Origin: a virus
Taxonomy: Duplodnaviria > Caudoviricetes
Direction: 5' to 3' (one strand)
Virus record (IMG/VR): IMGVR_UViG_3300033067_001258
Location: 1 to 24,286 of that record
DNA length: 24,286 nucleotides
Both the position numbers and the translations under genes were made by a program. A model generated the notes under the pieces. That model ran no database searches. It was not told where the DNA came from and saw only the letters and a program-made list of their open reading frames with translations. This document shows, piece by piece, positions 1 to 8,210 of this stretch. Every line of letters begins with the position of its first letter. Positions within the stretch are counted from its first letter, which is position 1.

Positions 1-440
1 AGCAGCCACCCAAGGTTCTGCTGCCCGCCCTGCTTCAAGCCCGCCGACTGAGCGTCAAAGCTGCCCAGCAGGTCCTGCCCAGCGCCCGCGTACTTCGTCG
101 CCAGGTTCCGGCGCTGCTGAAGCACCGGACCGCCGATCGACTTGGTGAAAGCGTCCGCCGCGCCGGCGTTGCCCTGCGAACCGCGGATCAGGTTCATGAA
201 GTCGGCGTTGCCGAACACCGACCCAGCGTTCCGCTGAAACGCTTCGCCCTGCCGCGCCGCCGCGTAGTCCCTCGCCTTGCGCCCTGCTCGGTTCTGGCTC
301 GCGCCGCCGAAGATGCCGCCAGCGATCGAGCCCGCCGCGCCCAGCCCCAGCAGGTAGGGGTTCAACGCGGCCAGACCGCCCATCGCGCCCATCCCGCCAA
401 GCTGTGACATGCCGTCCTCCATCACGCCGTAGGAAGCCAT
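1..440 (-). CDS. Probable internal virion / DNA ejection (pilot) protein, partial (runs off the left edge)
   Basis: Not in the ORF track. I translated it from ATG 440 (GAGGT SD upstream): MASYGVMEDGMSQLGGMGAMGGLAALNPYLLGLGAAGSIAGGIFGGASQNRAGRKARDYAAARQ..., open to base 1. A Gly/Ala hydrophobic N-terminus followed by Q/A/R helices, downstream of tail genes, is typical of P22 gp7 / T7 gp14-like ejection proteins. Confidence 0.7.
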   Translation of the reverse strand, partial: MASYGVMEDGMSQLGGMGAMGGLAALNPYLLGLGAAGSIAGGIFGGASQNRAGRKARDYAAARQGEAFQRNAGSVFGNADFMNLIRGSQGNAGAADAFTKSIGGPVLQQRRNLATKYAGAGQDLLGSFDAQSAGLKQGGQQNLGWL

Positions 441-450
441 GCTGCACCTC

Positions 451-870
451 TCAGGTCCAAGTCACCGAGCCAACCGACACGCCGCCGCCCAGCACCGCGA
501 TGTGCGGATACCGAGTCACCGCCGACGCACTCACGTCCACGACAAACTGTCCGTCCGGCCCCGTCAACGCCAGCACTGCCTGGTTGGACACCAGCGCCGA
601 CAGGATCTGCCCCTTCGTCACCGTGCCCAGTGTCTGGCCCGAGCTTGGCAGCGCGTCCACCGAGCCCGCAAAGTGAATCCCCAGCCACCACACGCCCCGC
701 CACGGCTCGCGGTTCCGGTCCACGACCGTGACCGTCAGCCTCCGCACCGCCAGCGCCTGCGTCCCCGCCTCGAGCTTTGCCGAAGCGATAGGCCGGTCCC
801 AGTCGCGGCGCATCTGCGCCTCGAGCTGAGGACCGGGAGCGTGCGAAAGGGTGATGCGGTCTGCGGGCAT
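451..870 (-). CDS. Hypothetical virion protein, beta-rich (Ig-like?)
   Basis: 139-aa ORF with 1-nt TGATG coupling to the upstream gene; alternating beta-strand pattern; lies in the tail module. Confidence 0.65.
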   Translation of the reverse strand: MPADRITLSHAPGPQLEAQMRRDWDRPIASAKLEAGTQALAVRRLTVTVVDRNREPWRGVWWLGIHFAGSVDALPSSGQTLGTVTKGQILSALVSNQAVLALTGPDGQFVVDVSASAVTRYPHIAVLGGGVSVGSVTWT

Positions 871-1313
871 CAGTTGCTGTCCGGGAACATGCTGACGTAG
901 GCGGGCGTGTCGGCAGGTGCCAGCACTTCGACGCTGATCGCCTTGCCCACGGGAATCTTGGTGTCGTTCATGGGGAAGAACAGCACGCCCCGGTTCGGGA
1001 TTGCGTACTCCTCCAGTGTGATCTTGCCCGAGGGCTCGGCGGAGTAGTTCTTGTACGCCGCCGCACTGAACGAGCGGCCATCGGTCGGATCCTGCGCCGC
1101 CAGCGTGCCAACCGTGGTCGCGTTCGTCGTCTTGATGTCGGACTGCACGATCCGCACCACGATCGGCTGGCCGTCCGCCGCCGCCTGGAAGCTGATCACG
1201 CCCTGACCACGCTCCAACAGAGCGCCCTGATTGGCGGGCGTCTGAAACTGCACCAACGTCTTCAGGGCCGTCCCCGTCTGAACCAAACCGCTGATCACTC
1301 TCACGCGAGCCAT
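870..1313 (-). CDS. Hypothetical virion protein, beta-sandwich-like
   Basis: 147-aa ORF with GGAGGT SD; GC3-biased codons; beta-strand-rich. Confidence 0.7.
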   Translation of the reverse strand: MARVRVISGLVQTGTALKTLVQFQTPANQGALLERGQGVISFQAAADGQPIVVRIVQSDIKTTNATTVGTLAAQDPTDGRSFSAAAYKNYSAEPSGKITLEEYAIPNRGVLFFPMNDTKIPVGKAISVEVLAPADTPAYVSMFPDSN

Positions 1314-1322
1314 GTGAACCTC

Positions 1323-3437
1323 CTACTGCTGCGCAATGCCGCCGCCGTCGCCGCTTGTGAACGAGCCGACTGGACTTCCAATCTGCTGACCTCCGCCAAT
1401 GCCTCCGCCGCCCCCGCCACCACCACCGCCTCCACCACTCCCCGCCCGAAGCGGGAGCCGCGTCGCGGGCAGCTGGGACTGCACCGCCTGCCCAGACCTG
1501 CGGTAGCCGAACACGTACTCAAAGAGCAGCACCGGCGGCTTGGGCGTCCCGCCGTCGCCAAAGCCCGGACCGGCCGCCGGATCGGGGAACACCAGATCCC
1601 CCACCGGGTCCTTGCACGGCGCATCCGGAGCAGCCGCCGCACGCCGCCGATGACGCGTCCGGATCCGCAGCCTGCGCACGGCAGCCTTGCACTCCTCGAC
1701 CTTGAACGGCTTGCCGTCCACCGGAGTAAACGCCAGCGCCAGCGCCGGGGACCTCACCTTGTGGATGAACACACGCCCGATGTCGCCCTCCGACACCGTG
1801 ACCGCCATCGTGATCCATCGCTCGCCGTCCGCGCCGTACGCCTCTTCGGGCGTCCGTCCGCCATACACCGTCACCCGCATATCCGCAGACGACAGCGACG
1901 GAACCACGCTCAGCCCGGCCATGCCCAGATCGCCCGTTCCCTCTGGCCCACGCGCCAGCACCGCAAACGTCGCGTCGATGTTCTGGCCGTCATCGCTCCG
2001 GACCAGATCGTCCACGCGCTCGAAGATCAGCCCGCCCCGCGTCAGCATCAGGATTCGACCCAGATACACGCAGGACGCCGTGGGCTCAACCGTCGTCGGG
2101 TAGGTCTCGGGAAACAGGTACCCGGCACCCTCGGCAAAGCCCCCCAAGCGATCGTCGTACATGACGTGCGTCGCGGCCTTGCCGTCCTTCCGCGTCAGGA
2201 AGATCCGGCACTGAGAACGCGGGCCGTCCCGCCGCACCTGCACGATCCGCTGCCTCACGTCCGCCGCCGAAATCTGGATGAACTCGGTCAGCACGCCCGT
2301 GGAGATCGGGACCACGCCGCCCTCGGGGCTCATCACAAACAGCCCGTTCGGGCTATGTGCCAGCACCCGCCCAGATTCCAGCAGCGTCACCGCCTCGGCG
2401 CCGCAGATGCCGACCGTGGCCGACACCAAGGGCACCTGCGGAGTACCAAACCCGGGGTCACCGATAAACGCATACGTCGAAGCCCGGCACCCAACGATCG
2501 CGGCTCCACGATCGGCCTGCAGGAACGCCGTAATGGGCTCGGCGATCTTGCCCGGAGCGTCCGCCGGCGTCGCGAACGCCCGGAACCGCTGATCGGCACC
2601 GTAGTCCAGGTTGAACGCATCGCCCGAGGCGCTCATGTACAGGTGAATCCCCGACACAAAGACCAGCCGCCCGAGGAAGCTGCTCACCACCGTCGCGTCT
2701 GTCGATCCCGCCGCCGCCCCCGCGCCCGGCAACGCACCAGCGTTCGGGACAAACGGACTCACCGTCTTGGCCGCGATGTCGATCACGACGCACTTGGCAC
2801 CATCGACGCCGAACACCTTGGCCGCAAACTCGTGGAGGCTCACCGTCGAATCGCTGCCAAAGACTCCCGCCTTCAGCAGCTCGAAGTTCTGGCCGTCCGT
2901 GCACAAATACACGTCCCCGCCAGACACCGCCAGCACCGAATCCGCCCGCGACGAATAGTCCGGAGCCAGGCTGAACAGTTCAGCCCGCAGGACCTTCGCG
3001 CCGTTGTTCACCGCGGAGAACCCGAACCGACGGTTCCTCAGCAACACCGTCTCGGACGCGCCCAAAAGCGTGTAGCTCACCGCCGGAGAAGCCGCCCCGT
3101 TGAGACGCACCTCGACCTTGCCGTCAATCACCCGGACCTCGAGCGTGTACGGCACGCCCGCGGTCAACCCGTGCGCGGCCGTCGCCTTGGTCACCGGAGC
3201 CCCGCCCAGCGAGATCAAGCGAATCTCCACGTTCGAGCCGACCACACCGGCCTCCACGCAGGTCCGCAGATCGCCCGACGCCAGCACCCGGCCCCGCACC
3301 TCGTCGGCGGAACTGGCCAGCGTCAGCAGCAGAGCCGAGTTGCTGGGGAACTTGGGCGCGGCGATGAACGCGGTCGTCTGGCCGTCTCCGGTCAGCACCG
3401 CCTGCTTCGTCGTGGTGTCATACGCCCAGGTGCCCAT
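1323..3437 (-). CDS. Tail hub/nozzle-like protein (P22 gp10 / T7 gp12-like beta-propeller) with N-terminal ConA/LamG-like domain and Gly-rich C-terminus
   Basis: Propeller-blade motifs FLGRLVFVSG-LYMSASGDAFNLDY, IAEPITAF, VGICGAEAV, NGLFVM; N-terminal YTLEVRVIDGKVEVRLNG; position in the tail module. Start is ATG 3437 (or GTG 3446). Confidence 0.6.
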   Translation of the reverse strand: MGTWAYDTTTKQAVLTGDGQTTAFIAAPKFPSNSALLLTLASSADEVRGRVLASGDLRTCVEAGVVGSNVEIRLISLGGAPVTKATAAHGLTAGVPYTLEVRVIDGKVEVRLNGAASPAVSYTLLGASETVLLRNRRFGFSAVNNGAKVLRAELFSLAPDYSSRADSVLAVSGGDVYLCTDGQNFELLKAGVFGSDSTVSLHEFAAKVFGVDGAKCVVIDIAAKTVSPFVPNAGALPGAGAAAGSTDATVVSSFLGRLVFVSGIHLYMSASGDAFNLDYGADQRFRAFATPADAPGKIAEPITAFLQADRGAAIVGCRASTYAFIGDPGFGTPQVPLVSATVGICGAEAVTLLESGRVLAHSPNGLFVMSPEGGVVPISTGVLTEFIQISAADVRQRIVQVRRDGPRSQCRIFLTRKDGKAATHVMYDDRLGGFAEGAGYLFPETYPTTVEPTASCVYLGRILMLTRGGLIFERVDDLVRSDDGQNIDATFAVLARGPEGTGDLGMAGLSVVPSLSSADMRVTVYGGRTPEEAYGADGERWITMAVTVSEGDIGRVFIHKVRSPALALAFTPVDGKPFKVEECKAAVRRLRIRTRHRRRAAAAPDAPCKDPVGDLVFPDPAAGPGFGDGGTPKPPVLLFEYVFGYRRSGQAVQSQLPATRLPLRAGSGGGGGGGGGGGGIGGGQQIGSPVGSFTSGDGGGIAQQ

Positions 3438-3469
3438 GCTTCCCACCTACGTCCCGTGTGCGAAAGTCC

Positions 3470-3736
3470 TCAGCCGCCATGAAGGTTGCGAGAGTCGAGC
3501 AACGCGGGGTCGATCCGTTCGACCGCCTTGGACAAGATCTGCGCCGTGCGCTCCGTCCCGCTCACCACGTCGCGCACTTGCCCGATGATGGTGACGATCC
3601 GGTCCATCGCTGGGGCAACGACCGTTCGCCAGAGGACGACCAGCGATCCGACCAGCAGCACCAGGAACCCCCCAAGGGGTCCGACCATCCTCACGATCTC
3701 CACCAGCGTCGCGCTCTCTTCGGCAAGGGTGAACAT
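3470..3736 (-). CDS. Holin-like single-TM membrane protein
   Basis: 88 aa; one TM segment (GPLGGFLVLLVGSLVVLW) followed by an amphipathic/coiled-coil tail; GGAG SD; next to a lipoprotein gene. Confidence 0.5.
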   Translation of the reverse strand: MFTLAEESATLVEIVRMVGPLGGFLVLLVGSLVVLWRTVVAPAMDRIVTIIGQVRDVVSGTERTAQILSKAVERIDPALLDSRNLHGG

Positions 3737-3805
3737 GTCAGACTCCGCACAAACAGGTGTCAGTCACTCCCCGAGGGAACACACTCCGCCGGGTCTTGTG
3801 TCAGA

Positions 3806-4369
3806 TCAAGGGATCCCCGTCAGCAGGGACACGATCAGGGATTTCACGTCCGGGGCGATGTCCTTCGCGGCCTGAATCTCCGCGATCACGGCTTGCTTGC
3901 TCGCCTCGTCGCGGGCCTTCCAGTACTCCACCAGCGCCGGATACGCTTTGTTGAGCGATTCAATCGGGGCGCTCGCCGACGTGCCAAACTCGTCGATCTT
4001 GACCAGACCGATGTTCCCGTCGCCGTTGACCCGCAGCTCGATCCCCTTGGCCGTGATGTCCGTGCCGGAGTCCAGAGACAGAAGTCCGCGACCCTTGTCC
4101 AGAAACAACCTCCGGGGCGTCACGCCCACCGACTGCGTCTCCACACCGTCAGCCATCACCCGCGACCACGAACCGGGCCCAACGCCCGTCGAGCTCAGGG
4201 ACCCACGATCGACGTCGGACATGACCACCTGCGTCGGGGAGCCGTTGTCGGCACGAAAGACCTTGGCGTCCTGCTTCGTCACCGATCCGATCTGGCCGGC
4301 GCATCCCGTCAGAATCGCGGTCAACGCCAAGGCGAGCATCAGAGCACTGGACACCGGGCACTTCTTCAT
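3806..4369 (-). CDS. Lipoprotein (possible spanin-like or envelope protein)
   Basis: ATG 4369 with AGGAG SD; signal peptide MKKCPVSSALMLALALTAILTG|C with lipobox LTGC. Confidence 0.75.
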   Translation of the reverse strand: MKKCPVSSALMLALALTAILTGCAGQIGSVTKQDAKVFRADNGSPTQVVMSDVDRGSLSSTGVGPGSWSRVMADGVETQSVGVTPRRLFLDKGRGLLSLDSGTDITAKGIELRVNGDGNIGLVKIDEFGTSASAPIESLNKAYPALVEYWKARDEASKQAVIAEIQAAKDIAPDVKSLIVSLLTGIP

Positions 4370-4380
4370 GGCTGGACTCC

Positions 4381-5964
4381 TCACGTCGCGTAGTCGGTCA
4401 CGTATGCAATCGAGCCGTCGGCCTTCACCGACACCCCGAGCACCGAAACCGCCTTGCCAACGTCAAAGGTGTTGACGATGGAGCCGTCCACGCTGGACAG
4501 CTCCCAGATGTGCGCCTGGCCCGTTGCGCCCGGCCACACGTTGTTCCGATCCCCGCCGACGATCACGTTCCCATTGGTCGGGTTCACCGCGATCGCCGCC
4601 TGTCTGATCTGCCCACCGCTGGCCACGACGTTCTGCCGCCAGAGCATCCGGCCATCCTCGCCCGACAGCTTCAACACGCTGAAGCCAGCGCGGTTCTGCC
4701 TGCCCGCGATGTACACGTCCCCGTCGCCGTTGATCGCCACCGACTCGTACGTCGGGGTGTTGATGTCGTTGTAGTGGTACACCGGCGTGCCGGGCGGGCT
4801 CTCGTAATACCCAAAGCCCATCCCCGCCGCGTTCAGCGAATCCTGATCGACCATCCATTCCAGCGTGCCATCGGTCGCCAGCAGCCCCACGCAGAACGGG
4901 GGCCGCGCCGTGCCGTTGGGGCGATACGCCCCGGTCGGACCGAACCCCTGATTGGTCCTGGTGAACGCGATCTCGTTGAACGGACCGCCCGCCGCCACCG
5001 CCAGCATGTTGCACCCGTACGGACGCACCACCGGCAGCTCGCTCACGCGCATGTACCCGTGGTTCGACTCGTATCCGGCAGCCGCGGGGTCCAGCGCCAG
5101 CCCGAACTGCTCGCGGATGAGGACACTCCCCGTCGCGCCCTCGTTGATCCGGAAGCAATGGATCCCCGAGCGAGTCTGCTGCTGGCAGTACGGCTCGGTC
5201 ATCAGCCCATACCCAACCAGCGTCCCGGGCGTCTCGAATCCGTCCGTGGCCGGATACAACCGCTCCACGCCCTGATCGTCCTCGAGCAACGTCACCCCGA
5301 CGACTTCTTTGGTCCACCCGGGGTAGAAGTACGTCCAGCTCGCGTTGTCCTTGGCGATCCGGAAGATGTGCGGTCCGGCGCAAGCCCACAGCCAGTTCTT
5401 CGACCACACCAGCGAGTTGATCGCCGAGTGAAACGGGAAGGGGATCGCCAGCGTCCGGGAAAACACCAGCGCTCCCGTCGTGTCGTACACGCCCACCACG
5501 CCGATCGTGCGGCCGTCGCCCGCCACGGTGTTGACGCCCACCGCCAGCCGCGTTCCGTCCTGCGACCACGCGCAGGCGTTGGAGGCTCGATTCACGCCGT
5601 CCGGCTTGAACGCCGCCTCACGGTCCAGCGTCGGCACGTCGTCCAGCATCCAGACGTTGCCCTGATACGCCTCCACCAGCCGACTGGCGCCGCCGCCGAT
5701 CTCCGAGCCCTTGGACAGCACGTAGCCCGTGACAGAAGGGACCCGGGTGCAGGGGAGAAGTGCCTGCCCCGGGCCCGTCCCCAACGCTCTCGGAAAGGTC
5801 CGTCGATGACCACGCCTCATGCCCAGCTGCGCGCGGCCTCCGGGTGGCGCGAACACCTCCACATTCCGGATCGCGCCGGGAGGGCACGTATCCGGAGTCT
5901 GGTCGGTGAACGCGGGCACGTCGGAGGCCCCGCGCACGGGCAATGGAAGGCGGGAGGGTTCCAT
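4381..5964 (-). CDS. Beta-propeller tail/virion protein
   Basis: 527 aa with WD40/SBBP/PQQ-like blades (ACAWSQDGTRLAVG, VAINGDGDVYIAG, VLKLSGEDGRMLW, IAVNPTNGNVIVGG). Confidence 0.7.
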   Translation of the reverse strand: MEPSRLPLPVRGASDVPAFTDQTPDTCPPGAIRNVEVFAPPGGRAQLGMRRGHRRTFPRALGTGPGQALLPCTRVPSVTGYVLSKGSEIGGGASRLVEAYQGNVWMLDDVPTLDREAAFKPDGVNRASNACAWSQDGTRLAVGVNTVAGDGRTIGVVGVYDTTGALVFSRTLAIPFPFHSAINSLVWSKNWLWACAGPHIFRIAKDNASWTYFYPGWTKEVVGVTLLEDDQGVERLYPATDGFETPGTLVGYGLMTEPYCQQQTRSGIHCFRINEGATGSVLIREQFGLALDPAAAGYESNHGYMRVSELPVVRPYGCNMLAVAAGGPFNEIAFTRTNQGFGPTGAYRPNGTARPPFCVGLLATDGTLEWMVDQDSLNAAGMGFGYYESPPGTPVYHYNDINTPTYESVAINGDGDVYIAGRQNRAGFSVLKLSGEDGRMLWRQNVVASGGQIRQAAIAVNPTNGNVIVGGDRNNVWPGATGQAHIWELSSVDGSIVNTFDVGKAVSVLGVSVKADGSIAYVTDYAT

Positions 5965-5967
5965 GAG

Positions 5968-6612
5968 TTACCGGCTGCTGGCCACGACGTTGACGAAGTG
6001 CTCGCGCACGTCCACCCAGGCATCGCGGATCTGCAGGACCATGTCCGTGGTGCCGACGTTCGCGCTGGGATACAGAGCCAGCTCGACCGTGTCACCGCGA
6101 TGGATGCGCTTGCCGCTATCGGAGTTGAGCGCCGCAGCCACGTCGAACGAAATCGTCTGGAACCCGTCCACGGTGGTGTTGTCGCCGATCTTGGCCGCAG
6201 CCAGCACCGCCGACACCATGTCCGAGGTCAGGGCGATCTTGGCATTCGCACGCCAGATCGTCACCGCCATCGCGACCGTCAGAGTGGCGTTCTCATCAGA
6301 CGCCGCGTCCAGCTTCCGCAGCTGGAAGTTTGCGGTGAACTTCCGCTCGCTGACCTGATCCGGATCGCGGAACCGGTCGTCCACCTTGATCTGCGCCCGG
6401 ATCGGGGAAGCCGCGCCGGAGTTGAACGGGATCTGAATCACGCGGATCAGCGTGCCGATGCTGACGGTCTTGATGGTCGAGCTCGAGGTGAGCAGGTCGA
6501 GGTTCGAGGCACGCCACGCCTCAACCGGCAGCATGATCTTGGACGCTCGCCCGGTGTACTGCTGACCGCGAAGCATCACCCGTTCAATGTTGTGTTCAGC
6601 CGTGCCGCTCAT
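5968..6612 (-). CDS. Hypothetical virion protein
   Basis: 214 aa with AAGGAG SD; beta-rich; lies between the adaptor and the propeller genes. Confidence 0.7.
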   Translation of the reverse strand: MSGTAEHNIERVMLRGQQYTGRASKIMLPVEAWRASNLDLLTSSSTIKTVSIGTLIRVIQIPFNSGAASPIRAQIKVDDRFRDPDQVSERKFTANFQLRKLDAASDENATLTVAMAVTIWRANAKIALTSDMVSAVLAAAKIGDNTTVDGFQTISFDVAAALNSDSGKRIHRGDTVELALYPSANVGTTDMVLQIRDAWVDVREHFVNVVASSR

Positions 6613-6623
6613 GGATCACTCCT

Positions 6624-7463
6624 TCACCCGTTCCACGGGTTTCCGTTGTACTTGCCCGCCTGCCAATCCGACCGCGGCAGGACCGTTCGATCCGCCCCGG
6701 ACAACAGCCGCTTCGGACCATGCCGACGCGTTCGCTTGGTCGAGTCCAGCGACTGCGACTGCTCCAAAGCCGCCAGCCGCGCGGCCTTCACGCGCAGGTA
6801 CAGCTCGGAGTCCGTCTCGTCCATCTCGCGCCAGACCTCTTCGGCCCACTTCAAAATCGTGTCGTCATGGTCCGCGCCGCAGGGATGCCGGTCTGCCAGG
6901 TCAATCACCTTCGGCACCGACACGCGGAACTCGGCCTCGATCGTGTACGCCTGCGCCGGGATCGGCCAGAAGTTGACCTTCATCCCCGACCGCGACAGCC
7001 CCGCCTGTTCTCCGGGCTCCAACGCCTTGAACCCCGAATACCGAGGCAGACCCCGGTTGATGTACCGGTTGCGGTAGCGCATGACCTCCTGCCACGACCG
7101 GGTGGTGATCTCCGACAGCCGCGTCCTCGAGTCCGCATACCGCCAGTTGCCCACAGGCCCGGAAGTCACGAACGCCGGCAGCAGGTAGATCCCCGCGTCG
7201 CCGCCCACGCAGAACTCGCTTTGTCCGCTCGGGTCGAACGTGATCGACACCGTCTCGAACATGAAGCTCCAGTTCTTGTCCGACCGCAGGAACAGCGACA
7301 GCGCCTCCCGCACGCAGCTTTCCAGACGACGCAGCGTCTCAGCGTCGGTCGGCAGAGCCGCCTCGCTCGTGCCATCCGCGCCAAAGCTGGCCTGATTGAC
7401 CCGCACCGCCAGGTCGAGCATCAGGTCCCCGTAGGAGCGTGAGTTGTCCGCGTCGTAAGGCAT
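6624..7463 (-). CDS. Head-tail adaptor / tail tubular protein A-like
   Basis: Probable start ATG 7463 (MPYDADN...). N-terminal helices, then WSF, YLLP, G.PRY and FWPIPAQAYTI motifs typical of podovirus adaptors; located after capsid and decoration genes. Confidence 0.65.
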   Translation of the reverse strand: MPYDADNSRSYGDLMLDLAVRVNQASFGADGTSEAALPTDAETLRRLESCVREALSLFLRSDKNWSFMFETVSITFDPSGQSEFCVGGDAGIYLLPAFVTSGPVGNWRYADSRTRLSEITTRSWQEVMRYRNRYINRGLPRYSGFKALEPGEQAGLSRSGMKVNFWPIPAQAYTIEAEFRVSVPKVIDLADRHPCGADHDDTILKWAEEVWREMDETDSELYLRVKAARLAALEQSQSLDSTKRTRRHGPKRLLSGADRTVLPRSDWQAGKYNGNPWNG

Positions 7464-7468
7464 GAATC

Positions 7469-7497
7469 CGCCCCCCCGGCCTTTCGACCGGGGGGCG
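7469..7497 (-). promoter_or_regulatory. GAAA-tetraloop hairpin immediately upstream of the adaptor start codon
   Basis: Minus strand CGCCCCCCGGUC-GAAA-GGCCGGGGGGGCG, ending 5 nt before ATG 7463. Confidence 0.55.
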
Positions 7498-7573
7498 ATG
7501 TGTTCCGCGTGAACGAGAGGCACAAGGCCTTCGAGCGTGAGCGAGTTGGAGTCTCGTCACGCGGGTGATGCGC

Positions 7574-8116
7574 TTATTCGCCGATGCCGCCGTACGGGGC
7601 ACGGAAGCGGATGCGTCCGTTCGCCGCCGACGAGTAGTTGGCCAGCTGCAGGCAGTTGCCGCAGCTGATCGGGATGTTGGCACCGTTGGTACCGACAGCC
7701 GCGGGAGCCAGCGACCACGCGCCGTTGGCAGCGATCAGCAGATCGGTGTACGCGGTGAAGTTGCCCAGCAGCAGAGCATCGATCTCGTCGGCCATGGTCG
7801 CCACGGTAAGCCAGCCAGGACCCGAGCGACCGCCCGCCGGAAGATCGACGACGATGCCGACCACCAGCGGAAGGATGCCCGTCGCGGGCTTGGTGACGAT
7901 GTTGCTGTAGATGCCCGGGTCGGCGATCGCCTTCGGATCGAGCTTCGTGTACGTGCGGTCCGCCATCGCGGTCGGATCGGCACAGACAACGTACCCGTTC
8001 TTGACCGTGTCGCTGAGCGCCGCGCGGCTGGCCGGGGTCGCGTTGTAGCTGTACCCCGAGTAGTACACCCGCTTGGTGAGCATCTTGGACGAACCCTTGA
8101 GTGAACCGGAAGCCAT
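7574..8116 (-). CDS. Probable capsid decoration/cement protein
   Basis: 180 aa, Ala/Gly/beta-rich, GGAG SD, directly downstream of the major capsid gene. Confidence 0.55.
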   Translation of the reverse strand: MASGSLKGSSKMLTKRVYYSGYSYNATPASRAALSDTVKNGYVVCADPTAMADRTYTKLDPKAIADPGIYSNIVTKPATGILPLVVGIVVDLPAGGRSGPGWLTVATMADEIDALLLGNFTAYTDLLIAANGAWSLAPAAVGTNGANIPISCGNCLQLANYSSAANGRIRFRAPYGGIGE

Positions 8117-8166
8117 GTGTCAGTCTCCAGAATCGTGCGTGTGTGAGTGCTGAAAGGTTCAGGGAA

Positions 8167-8189
8167 TCCCGGGGCCAGACGCCCCGGGA
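8167..8189 (-). terminator. Hairpin after the major capsid gene (weak terminator or mRNA-stabilising stem)
   Basis: Perfect 9-bp stem TCCCGGGGC/GCCCCGGGA with a 5-nt loop. On the minus strand it is followed only by UUCCCU; the U-run precedes the stem. Confidence 0.4.
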
Positions 8190-8210
8190 AAACAACACCG
8201 CAGCCGCCGA

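Noticed and set aside
55-447. 130-aa minus-strand track ORF
   Set aside because: Off-frame shadow. The real gene starts at ATG 440 in another frame and runs off the window.
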